Positions 16,646-24,438 of a stretch of DNA of 47,521 nt are shown piece after piece. Source of the DNA: a virus (lineage: Duplodnaviria > Caudoviricetes); IMG/VR virus record IMGVR_UViG_3300005611_000049, positions 1-47,521 of that record. One strand, given 5' to 3'. Position 1 is the first letter of the stretch, and every line of letters begins with the position of its first letter. The position numbers were made by a program, and so were the translations under genes. The notes beneath the pieces are model-generated. The model did not search any database and was not told the DNA's origin. It was given only the letters and a program-made list of their open reading frames with translations.

Positions 16646-16914
16646 AACAATATATACTTGAAAGAGAAAACGGTGAAGGCAATTGGACTGAGGTGCTGAC
16701 CACTATATATTATGAAGAGGCCAAGGTTGAGGCAGGACGAAAAGCCTTAAAAGAAAACGCACGTTATCGTGTGCGTGAAATAAGAGATATTGTTGTGTAT
16801 CAATACTCAGCGACTGAACTAAAAACATATACACCTGCAACACGCGAAGCTTTATCTAATCTATTTAGGAGAAACCCTGATGAAAAGTTTGAGTGGGAAG
16901 ACGGCTGTTGGTAG
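16642..16914 (+). CDS. Hypothetical protein
   Basis: ORF track; GAGGA RBS. Confidence 0.7.
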   Translation: MKQYILERENGEGNWTEVLTTIYYEEAKVEAGRKALKENARYRVREIRDIVVYQYSATELKTYTPATREALSNLFRRNPDEKFEWEDGCW

Positions 16915-17119
16915 CCTACAAAGAGTCAAGAAACTGAACTACGAGCGCAAGGTGCGTTACTGCCTTGACGACGACGATTTCTGTGGTATCTTAGTAGAGG
17001 CGTGGGGCAATAGGCTCAACAATGTTTGGACAATGGCCGATGTTTACGAGTTCCACGAGGCAGTCACAAGTTCAAGTTTAAGTGTAAGTAAATTTTTACA
17101 GGAGTTAAAAGATGTATAA
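16880..17119 (+). CDS. Hypothetical protein
   Basis: ORF track; AGGAG RBS. Confidence 0.7.
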   Translation: MKSLSGKTAVGSLQRVKKLNYERKVRYCLDDDDFCGILVEAWGNRLNNVWTMADVYEFHEAVTSSSLSVSKFLQELKDV

Positions 17120-17714
17120 CATTCACGGCAGAGCAATCCAAAGTTTTTCAGAGCAGTCAGCAAACAATCTTGCAGATGTAATACTTATGGTGGCTTTGAG
17201 CATTCAACAGAATTGGTCAACCGTAGGTTATCAGATGAAAGATGTAAAGGCCGTAGGAGGCGATTCACGCTTCTTGTGGGGCAATAAAAAGAAGACATAC
17301 AATTATCTTCAGGCTCGTAAAGATTTTATGTATGGACAATTTATGGCTGTTGTAAACTCCAAGAAGTCTGAAGCTGATAAAGCTGCAACGCTCATGCGAA
17401 TATTTCTTAGAGTGCCGGGGCTTGGACTTGCTAAAGCTGGATTCGTTTGTCAGCTGACAGCAGGGCTGGTTGGTTGTATTGATACTCATAATATTAGAAT
17501 GTATGGGATTGATGAAAAGCACTTGAAACTTTCAAACACTTTGAAGTCTGAAGATCTTCGACGCTCCAAGATCCAACAGTATATTACTATTTGTCATAGT
17601 ATTGGAACCGAACAACTTTGGAACAATTGGTGTAATTTTCTAGGAGATAGAGACAAGTCGTGGAACAATGGCTTTGAAGTTTCTGAAGCTCATTATAATT
17701 ATTTAGTACAGTGA
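17112..17714 (+). CDS. HhH-GPD superfamily protein (DNA glycosylase-like or base-modification enzyme)
   Basis: Helix-hairpin-helix RVPGLGLAKAGF followed by GCIDTH (catalytic Asp position); AGGAG RBS. Confidence 0.65.
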   Translation: MYNIHGRAIQSFSEQSANNLADVILMVALSIQQNWSTVGYQMKDVKAVGGDSRFLWGNKKKTYNYLQARKDFMYGQFMAVVNSKKSEADKAATLMRIFLRVPGLGLAKAGFVCQLTAGLVGCIDTHNIRMYGIDEKHLKLSNTLKSEDLRRSKIQQYITICHSIGTEQLWNNWCNFLGDRDKSWNNGFEVSEAHYNYLVQ

Positions 17715-17722
17715 GGTGTGAC

Positions 17723-17881
17723 ATGACAACATTATCCGATTTAGTTTATGATATTGAATTAGAAATTGCTTGTTTGTTAGATGATCTTGAAGTAGATTCT
17801 TTAGAAGAAGATGTAATGCGTTTACAAAAAATGATGGTAACACTTTCAAATGATTTATACCATAGAGGATTAGTAGAATGA
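17723..17881 (+). CDS. Small acidic protein (MTTLSDLVYDIELE..., 52 aa)
   Basis: Translated by hand; GAGGTG RBS, ATGA overlap with the next gene. Confidence 0.7.
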   Translation: MTTLSDLVYDIELEIACLLDDLEVDSLEEDVMRLQKMMVTLSNDLYHRGLVE

Positions 17882-18075
17882 ATAAAAAACATTGGATATC
17901 TGTTGAGTATCGAACAACGCCTGACAAAGAGTTTGGCTTTACACGAGCTTACCCTCTTGATGGTGGCCCTACTAAAGATATTGGAGGCATGGTACTTATG
18001 GCAATAGAAGATTATGAAGCTAGTAAAGCTGAGTACCCTGACTTTGAGTGGCGTCTTCATTACAAATATTTTTAA
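17878..18075 (+). CDS. Hypothetical protein
   Basis: ORF track; GAGGA RBS. Confidence 0.7.
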   Translation: MNKKHWISVEYRTTPDKEFGFTRAYPLDGGPTKDIGGMVLMAIEDYEASKAEYPDFEWRLHYKYF

Positions 18076-18085
18076 GGAGATAGTA

Positions 18086-18289
18086 ATGCAAAGTAGAAAC
18101 CTTAAAATTAGTTTAGATATAACTGTAGATTATACTTATGACCCTTATGACAAGTTCATAGAACTAGATGCTATAAGGCTTGATAAGTACCCAGAACTAG
18201 GAAATATTCTACCAGTTATAACTGATGAAGACTATGATAATATTTTACAAAGTGTAAATGAATTAGGACAGGAATGGGGCCAGCCATGA
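18086..18289 (+). CDS. Hypothetical acidic protein (MQSRNLK...)
   Basis: TAAGGAG RBS; start reassigned. Confidence 0.7.
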   Translation: MQSRNLKISLDITVDYTYDPYDKFIELDAIRLDKYPELGNILPVITDEDYDNILQSVNELGQEWGQP

Positions 18290-18480
18290 GAAAAGATCTT
18301 AGATTAAGTTTATTAAAACAAGCATGGGATTTTAGTTATTCACACGACAAACAAATTGCTATCGGTGTCGAGAAAATGTACTACAAAAAATATTTCAAAG
18401 ATGAAATAGACAAGTATCTAGATTATCTGGATGCCTTCGAGATGCTGTATAGAAAAAAGCATGGGCGTGATTGGGCTTGA
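18286..18480 (+). CDS. Hypothetical protein (MRKDLRL...)
   Basis: ATGA overlap with the previous gene. Confidence 0.6.
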   Translation: MRKDLRLSLLKQAWDFSYSHDKQIAIGVEKMYYKKYFKDEIDKYLDYLDAFEMLYRKKHGRDWA

Positions 18481-18505
18481 CAACCAGTGACAGCTATGTT
18501 ACCTT
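18477..18505 (+). promoter_or_regulatory. Sigma70-type middle promoter with extended -10
   Basis: TTGACA (18477-18482), 17-bp spacer ending TGt, then TACCTT, in an intergenic gap. Confidence 0.65.
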
Positions 18506-18562
18506 GTAATGGCCTCGAAGCAATGGGGCTTTCAAATCTACCAAACTCACAGGAGAGTTACT

Positions 18563-18769
18563 ATGAACACAGGAAAGTTGTTTAACAAGAGCTATATGAT
18601 CCGTAAGCGTAAAGTAAAAAACCGTTATGGATTTTCAAAGGGCGAATGTTTTTACAGCCTTCAGATTGGCAAGTATGGTTTTTATCTTCAGCATTCTAAG
18701 TCGCGTCCAATTGGATTCCGAAAGCTTGTAGATATCCCACGCCAGTTAATTGTTTTACGTGCAGCTTAA
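18563..18769 (+). CDS. Small basic protein (MNTGKLFNKSY...)
   Basis: AGGAG at 18551; start reassigned. Confidence 0.7.
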   Translation: MNTGKLFNKSYMIRKRKVKNRYGFSKGECFYSLQIGKYGFYLQHSKSRPIGFRKLVDIPRQLIVLRAA

Positions 18770-18782
18770 AGGAGAAATGCAC

Positions 18783-19727
18783 ATGAATAATATTGTTAAT
18801 ATGTTTAACTCTAACGCCTCCGATACTTTCGGGGGCTTTGGTGACGCAGAATTTAATATTAAAACAACGCCCGTATTGTTTGATGTTGAAGAAGAAGAAG
18901 GTATTTTTCAATTGCGTGAAGCAGATAAATATGTAACTTATCGCACAGATACAGGTGCTTGTTTAGGTATTCATTCGGCCCGTCACAAAGCGGTAGCCCC
19001 AAAAGATGTTATCAAAACTGCGCGAGAAATTATATTGCGTAGTGGCCTGAATACCGATGGCATCAGCGAACAGATCGCAGTGAGTCACGACGGTGCAAGA
19101 TCTTTTGTAAAGTATAAGTTGCCTGCTCATACTTATGAGACTCCAGATGGTGATACAGCTTCACTGGGTTTACTGGCTACAACATCTATTGACAGTAGCT
19201 TCCCGTTTGTCATCAGTGCGGCGGCAATCCAACAGGCCTGTACAAATCTCCAAGTATTTATTTCTGGGGAGGTTGCAGTCTTCAAAGGCAACCACACTCT
19301 TAACTTAGATCTTGACAAAGCTTCAAGGACTATTGTGAAGTCTTTAGATTTCTTTGAAGCTGAGCGTGAAGTTTGGAAGCGTATGTATACAACTTCAATG
19401 GAACCTATTGAAGCTTGTGTAATGTTTGGAGAGATTGCTGGTATTGGCGATCAAGTATATGACTTAGTGGTTAACGAAAGGATAAGCCCTAATGAAGTTG
19501 CAGGATCACTTAAAAGAACTAATACAGGTTATAATTATTTGTGGAATGTTTATCGCAATATATACGTACCTCGATTGGGCAACACAGAGTGGGCTGCATA
19601 TAATGCAGTAACAGATTACACGACACATTCTGATAATGTTCGTAACAAAGATACTCTTGCTTCGGTTCAATTCAAACGACAGCAGGATTCTATTTCAACC
19701 CTTCGTAATTATTTAAAGGCGGCATGA
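18783..19727 (+). CDS. DUF932-family protein
   Basis: YRTDTG.CLG, SIDSS, ACTN and NTEWAAYNAVTDYTTH motifs; AGGAG RBS. Confidence 0.75.
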   Translation: MNNIVNMFNSNASDTFGGFGDAEFNIKTTPVLFDVEEEEGIFQLREADKYVTYRTDTGACLGIHSARHKAVAPKDVIKTAREIILRSGLNTDGISEQIAVSHDGARSFVKYKLPAHTYETPDGDTASLGLLATTSIDSSFPFVISAAAIQQACTNLQVFISGEVAVFKGNHTLNLDLDKASRTIVKSLDFFEAEREVWKRMYTTSMEPIEACVMFGEIAGIGDQVYDLVVNERISPNEVAGSLKRTNTGYNYLWNVYRNIYVPRLGNTEWAAYNAVTDYTTHSDNVRNKDTLASVQFKRQQDSISTLRNYLKAA

Positions 19728-19728
19728 C

Positions 19729-20061
19729 ATGGCTAATATACACGTTGAAGAAGATATCTATGTTCCAGCTTCAGATATTGAAGTAGATAGTACTGGAGAT
19801 ATTATAGATATCATGCACAACAATAGCATTCTTCTTATAGATCTTTTAAAAGAACTTGATTGGGAGCTTCCTGATTTTCAGGAGGCCGCACGACAGTTAG
19901 ATCTTGAGTATCGCCCTGTTTGTACAACGGGAGCAAGTCTTCTATCTTTATTTAAAAAGATGGAAGTTACAGAACAACGGGAGTTTTTATCTATGATTAC
20001 AGATAGTATTATCAGCTATTACAAATCTGACCTAACTGTTGCTTGGCCTAGCGACTTATGA
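19729..20061 (+). CDS. Hypothetical acidic protein
   Basis: ORF track; tight operon spacing. Confidence 0.7.
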   Translation: MANIHVEEDIYVPASDIEVDSTGDIIDIMHNNSILLIDLLKELDWELPDFQEAARQLDLEYRPVCTTGASLLSLFKKMEVTEQREFLSMITDSIISYYKSDLTVAWPSDL

Positions 20062-20360
20062 ATGGCAACGAAGGAAAAGGAGACCCAGCAGTTCGCGCTC
20101 TGGGTCGCAACAAACCCGACAGAAACTGGTATCCTGAAAACTTTGATTGGTACTTAAAGTGGATAGCCTCTATTGTGGTTCTTTGTAGCTTGGCCTTGAG
20201 GTCTGCTGGACCAGAGTATCGTATATATGATCTTATGTTTGGTGTAGTAGGAATAGCCTTATGGACTTGGGTGTCTGTCATTTGGAGAGACAGGGCTTTG
20301 ATAATGCTAAACGCTATATCATTTTTTATGTTAAGTGTAGCCTTGCTAAAGGAGATATAA
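20058..20360 (+). CDS. Small 3-TM membrane protein (DUF6552-like)
   Basis: WYLKWIAS...LWTWVSVIWRDRALIMLN, three hydrophobic segments. Confidence 0.6.
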   Translation: MNGNEGKGDPAVRALGRNKPDRNWYPENFDWYLKWIASIVVLCSLALRSAGPEYRIYDLMFGVVGIALWTWVSVIWRDRALIMLNAISFFMLSVALLKEI

Positions 20361-20924
20361 ATGAAAGACTTATTTGCTCGTAGCATGACGAGCTTTTTTA
20401 AATGGACAGCAGATACTTTTTTTGCTAAGCGATATGGGCATCGTGCTGTAGTTCTTGAAACAGTAGCGGCTGTCCCAGCTATGGTGGCTGGCATGATGCT
20501 ACACCTTAAAAGTTTACGGCGGCTTCGGCGTGGCTATGATCCTTACATAGACCAGATGCTTGAAGAAGCTAAGAATGAGCGTATGCACCTTATGTTTTTC
20601 TTGGAGATTGCACAGCCCAATGCGTTTGAAAGATTTTTAATTACTGCGGCACAGTTTGTTTTCTGGCATTTTTACCTAGTGCTATACATTTGCTCTTCCA
20701 AAACAGCGCATCGTATGGTGGCCTACTTTGAGCAAGAGGCAGTTGAAAGCTATACTGAATATTTAAATCTTGTGCAAAGCGGTCAAGTAGAAGATGTTAT
20801 TTGTCCAGCTGTTGCCCGTAATTATTATTCACTTGGGCCGACTGCAACACTATCAACTATGATTCATTATGTTAGGGCGGATGAACAGCGCCATGCCGAT
20901 ACTAATATGAGGATGTCTTTATGA
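20361..20924 (+). CDS. aox: Alternative oxidase (ubiquinol:O2 oxidoreductase, di-iron carboxylate)
   Basis: LETVAAVP, EAKNERMHL, FEQEAVESYT and RADEQRH motifs supply all the iron-ligand positions; AAGGAG RBS. Confidence 0.93.
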   Translation: MKDLFARSMTSFFKWTADTFFAKRYGHRAVVLETVAAVPAMVAGMMLHLKSLRRLRRGYDPYIDQMLEEAKNERMHLMFFLEIAQPNAFERFLITAAQFVFWHFYLVLYICSSKTAHRMVAYFEQEAVESYTEYLNLVQSGQVEDVICPAVARNYYSLGPTATLSTMIHYVRADEQRHADTNMRMSL

Positions 20925-21199
20925 AACAACCAGAAAATAACCATACAAAAATGTTTGGTAATGATGAGCCTACTTCTAATGACGCAGAGATAATTGTTTA
21001 TTATGAATATAACGGACCAGCAGAGCCGGTGTTACGCATACCATTTTGGTACTACAAAGAAGAGATGGGAATGTTCGAACACTTTGAAGCTTCAGTACAT
21101 AGGGCAGCAAAAGCGCTTAAAGAGTCGTACACTTATTGGCCCGAAGGTTACATCCACATCCAAACAATTATCAATGATGATCATGTAAATATTATATAG
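20921..21199 (+). CDS. Hypothetical protein
   Basis: ORF track; ATGA overlap, GAGGA RBS. Confidence 0.7.
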   Translation: MKQPENNHTKMFGNDEPTSNDAEIIVYYEYNGPAEPVLRIPFWYYKEEMGMFEHFEASVHRAAKALKESYTYWPEGYIHIQTIINDDHVNII

Positions 21200-21207
21200 G
21201 AAAAGAT

Positions 21208-21378
21208 ATGTTAGAAACAAAAGAAGTTGAAGATATTATTTCAGACTTAGTGTTTGTAAATATTTATTGTAATGATAATCCAGATTATGATTCAATACTT
21301 AAAAGTCTTAATGCTTTGGACTTGAGTTATAATCAAACCTATGATATATTGCAGAAAATTCGAAACGGAGAATACTGA
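21208..21378 (+). CDS. Hypothetical protein (MLETKEVEDII..., 56 aa)
   Basis: Translated by hand; AGGA RBS, TGATG overlap. Confidence 0.65.
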   Translation: MLETKEVEDIISDLVFVNIYCNDNPDYDSILKSLNALDLSYNQTYDILQKIRNGEY

Positions 21379-21668
21379 TGTCTATAAATAATGCAAGCCC
21401 CGATCAATGGGACGCTATGAAAAAACTTAATGATCTTTCTATTCGCAAAACTTCTGATCCTGTTATGAAGCCCGATCATTATAACAACGGCGCTATTGAG
21501 GCCATCGAAGCTATCAAAGCTTCAATGCCTGAGAATGAGTTTAGAGGCTATCTAAAAGGCAATGCTCTTAAATATCTTTGGCGTTATGATTACAAGGGTA
21601 AGCCTGTTGAAGACCTTAGAAAATGTAAGTGGTATGTAGATCGTTTAATACAAGAGGTGAATTCATGA
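21378..21668 (+). CDS. DUF3310 (SaV / T7 gp1.7-like) protein
   Basis: PDHY...IEAIEAI...GNALKYLWRY..KG..EDLRK..WY motif. Confidence 0.85.
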   Translation: MSINNASPDQWDAMKKLNDLSIRKTSDPVMKPDHYNNGAIEAIEAIKASMPENEFRGYLKGNALKYLWRYDYKGKPVEDLRKCKWYVDRLIQEVNS

Positions 21669-21913
21669 AGGTAGTTAACGGAGACTTTACTAAAAACAAA
21701 CCAGAGGAGCTGACGCTTTTATCTAAGATTGAAAGAGCTACTGCAAAAATTACAGAAGAAGTTGGTAATAATGCACATGGTACTTTTATACTATTGACAG
21801 AAACAGACGGAGCAATTACCATGTCTTCAGATTTAGGAGCCGAAGACTTTAACTTTCTTTTAGATACAGTTAAACTCAATGCTCTTATTACGGCAACAAT
21901 AGCTACGGAGTAA
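21665..21913 (+). CDS. Hypothetical protein (MKVVNGDF...)
   Basis: GAGGTG RBS; start reassigned. Confidence 0.7.
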   Translation: MKVVNGDFTKNKPEELTLLSKIERATAKITEEVGNNAHGTFILLTETDGAITMSSDLGAEDFNFLLDTVKLNALITATIATE

Positions 21914-21918
21914 AAGGA

Positions 21919-22137
21919 GTGTATGAATACAATGAATTAACACAAGATGAATTGATAGAAGATGTTATCGCTCGTGCATTCGCAATGATGCTAGGCGTAC
22001 ATATGCCTTCCCCTGAGGTCTTGACATTGATGCAGACATGGATTAAGATGGAGGCCATTGATCGAGGTGTCGATCTAACTGAAGAATACATACTCAGTCA
22101 AATACCAAACTTTATTAATTATCTATATAGGAGATAA
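21919..22137 (+). CDS. Hypothetical protein
   Basis: ORF track, GTG start. Confidence 0.65.
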   Translation: MYEYNELTQDELIEDVIARAFAMMLGVHMPSPEVLTLMQTWIKMEAIDRGVDLTEEYILSQIPNFINYLYRR

Positions 22138-22140
22138 ACT

Positions 22141-22563
22141 ATGGCAGTTGTAGAAGGAAAAGCGTACTGGTCGTTTGTTACTACCCCAAACACTAAGTAC
22201 ACACCAGCGTATTCTGTAAACCTTGTAGTCGATGACGAGGTCGCTAACAGTTTCCGCAATCGTGGCTTTACCGTAAAAGATATGGAAGAAGGCCCAGCGC
22301 TTATCATCAAGCGTAAGGTCGATGGGCCTCGTGGGATGGTTCGTGAGGCACCAAAGCTTTACGACAAAAGCAAGCGTGAAATCGACATAACAGTCGGCAA
22401 TGGTTCCCATGTAAAAGTGCAGTACAAAGAATGGGAAACACAGTGGAATGGTCAAGACTTCCGTGGCTTAGATTTTCAAGCTATGCAAGTTTTAGATCTT
22501 GTAGAATATGATGCGCCAGACGGTGCTGAGTTTGATGTTGAAGAACAGGAGGATGAAATTTAA
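22141..22563 (+). CDS. Single-stranded DNA-binding protein (T7 gp2.5-like)
   Basis: G.AYW..V.TPNTKY, VGNGS and FQAMQVLDLVEY motifs; acidic tail; lies before the primase. Confidence 0.8.
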   Translation: MAVVEGKAYWSFVTTPNTKYTPAYSVNLVVDDEVANSFRNRGFTVKDMEEGPALIIKRKVDGPRGMVREAPKLYDKSKREIDITVGNGSHVKVQYKEWETQWNGQDFRGLDFQAMQVLDLVEYDAPDGAEFDVEEQEDEI

Positions 22564-22793
22564 TGAGCGTCACTTATGTTCATGAAGGTACTGCATACAA
22601 TGTAGAATCTTTAGCACCGGAGGGCCAAAAGGCCTTCCAGCTTTTGCTAATGGCAGAGCAGGATGTGCGAGGCCTTGAAGACCGTATGGTTATTGCACAA
22701 GCTGCGGCAGTTGCACTACACGCAAAAGTACAAGAGTTTCTAACTGAAGAAGCTATTGTTACAGAAGAGGAAACTGAAACAGACGAGGACTAA
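22563..22793 (+). CDS. Hypothetical acidic coiled-coil protein
   Basis: ORF track; TAATG coupling. Confidence 0.7.
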   Translation: MSVTYVHEGTAYNVESLAPEGQKAFQLLLMAEQDVRGLEDRMVIAQAAAVALHAKVQEFLTEEAIVTEEETETDED

Positions 22794-22794
22794 T

Positions 22795-24438
22795 ATGTCT
22801 TTTGTTCAAACTCATATCCCCTGCACTGAGTGTGGGGGTTCCGACTCTGCAGCTATAAACGATGACGGCTCTGTCAAATGTTTTAGCTGCGGAGTTTTTC
22901 TTCCTAAACCTAAGCAGGAAAACAATGTGACTTCTATCACAAACTTTAAGAAGACACCCATGACTACAAATCAAGGAGAATTTTACCCACTAACTGATAG
23001 GAATATCAGCCTACAAACTGCTAAAAAATACAGGGTTCGCTCTGTTAAAAACTCTACGGGTCAGATTGTAGAACATATTTATCCTTATTACTCTGACGGC
23101 ACAGAGGTCGGAGCAAAAGTTCGAAAGCCCAACAAAGAATTTGCTTGGCGTGGTGACGCAAAAAGTTCTGGCCTTTTCGGTCAACAGCTCTTTCAGGCAG
23201 GCGGCAAGTACATAACTCTTGTTGAAGGCGAAATAGATGCTATGTCAGCTTATGAATTGATGGGGTCGCAATGGCCCGTTGTATCTATTCGTAATGGCGC
23301 ACAATCAGCAGACCGTGATGTGAAAGAAAACCTAGAGTTTCTAGAATCTTTTGATAACATTATCATTTGCTTTGACAATGACAAGCATGGTCGTGAGGCT
23401 GCAAAGAAAGTCGCAAAGCTTTTGAGGCCGGGCAAAGCTAAAATTATGGAGCTTCCCGTAGACTACAAAGACGCTAACGATATGTTGCGAGCTTCACAGC
23501 ACAAAAACTTTGTACACCACTGGTGGAACGCCAAACTCTACACACCTTCAGGCGTTCTTAATGTTTCAGAAAATGTTGACAACTACCTCAATCGCACACG
23601 CAAAGACTCTATTCCCTTTCCTTGGGAAGGTCTTAATGAAAAGCTTGAGGGCTTACGTGCTGGCGAGTTAGTTACTTTGACAGGCGGTACAGGCCTTGGT
23701 AAGTCTAGTGTTACAAGAGAACTAGAACACTGGCTGATACAAAAAACTAAAGATAATGTGGGCGTTATGGCCCTCGAAGAAAACTGGCAGCGTACAATCG
23801 ACGGCATACTTTCTATTGAAGCTGATGCCCGACTGCACCTTGACAGCGTTCGTAATATTTTTGATCAAGACGATCTTCGCCAGATACACCACCAAATGTT
23901 TGGCGGAGAAAACAAAGATCGTGTTTGGGTTTACGGACACCTTGGGATGAATGACCTCGAAAGTGTATTCAGTAAACTTCGATACATGATCATAGGTTGT
24001 GATTGTAAGTGGATAGTTCTTGACCACCTACACATGCTAGTTCTTTTATCTGATGACCCCGACGAGCGTAAAGCCATTGACATGATTATGCACAGACTCC
24101 GAACTCTTGTAGAAGAGACGGGCTGTGGGATGATTCTTGTTTCACACTTGCGAAGGACTCAAGGTGATCGTGGTCACGAAAACGGTATTGAGACAGCACT
24201 AAATCATTTACGTGGGTCTCAATCTATTGCGCAGCTAAGCGATTGTGTGATAAGCTTAGAGCGCAATCAACAGTCTGACGATCCTATGGTCGCCTCAACA
24301 ACCAAAGTGCGTGTATTAAAATCTAGATACACAGGTGATGTCGGACTTGCAACACACTTGTTTTACGACAAAGAAACCGGACGCTTATCGGAAGTAGATA
24401 TAGATACTATGATTGATGAGCTTGGAGATGAGATATGA
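22795..24438 (+). CDS. T7 gp4-like primase-helicase
   Basis: Zn finger CTEC...CFSC, TOPRIM EGEID and FDND, Walker A GGTGLGKS, LDHL and LRGSQSIAQLSD. Confidence 0.95.
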   Translation: MSFVQTHIPCTECGGSDSAAINDDGSVKCFSCGVFLPKPKQENNVTSITNFKKTPMTTNQGEFYPLTDRNISLQTAKKYRVRSVKNSTGQIVEHIYPYYSDGTEVGAKVRKPNKEFAWRGDAKSSGLFGQQLFQAGGKYITLVEGEIDAMSAYELMGSQWPVVSIRNGAQSADRDVKENLEFLESFDNIIICFDNDKHGREAAKKVAKLLRPGKAKIMELPVDYKDANDMLRASQHKNFVHHWWNAKLYTPSGVLNVSENVDNYLNRTRKDSIPFPWEGLNEKLEGLRAGELVTLTGGTGLGKSSVTRELEHWLIQKTKDNVGVMALEENWQRTIDGILSIEADARLHLDSVRNIFDQDDLRQIHHQMFGGENKDRVWVYGHLGMNDLESVFSKLRYMIIGCDCKWIVLDHLHMLVLLSDDPDERKAIDMIMHRLRTLVEETGCGMILVSHLRRTQGDRGHENGIETALNHLRGSQSIAQLSDCVISLERNQQSDDPMVASTTKVRVLKSRYTGDVGLATHLFYDKETGRLSEVDIDTMIDELGDEI

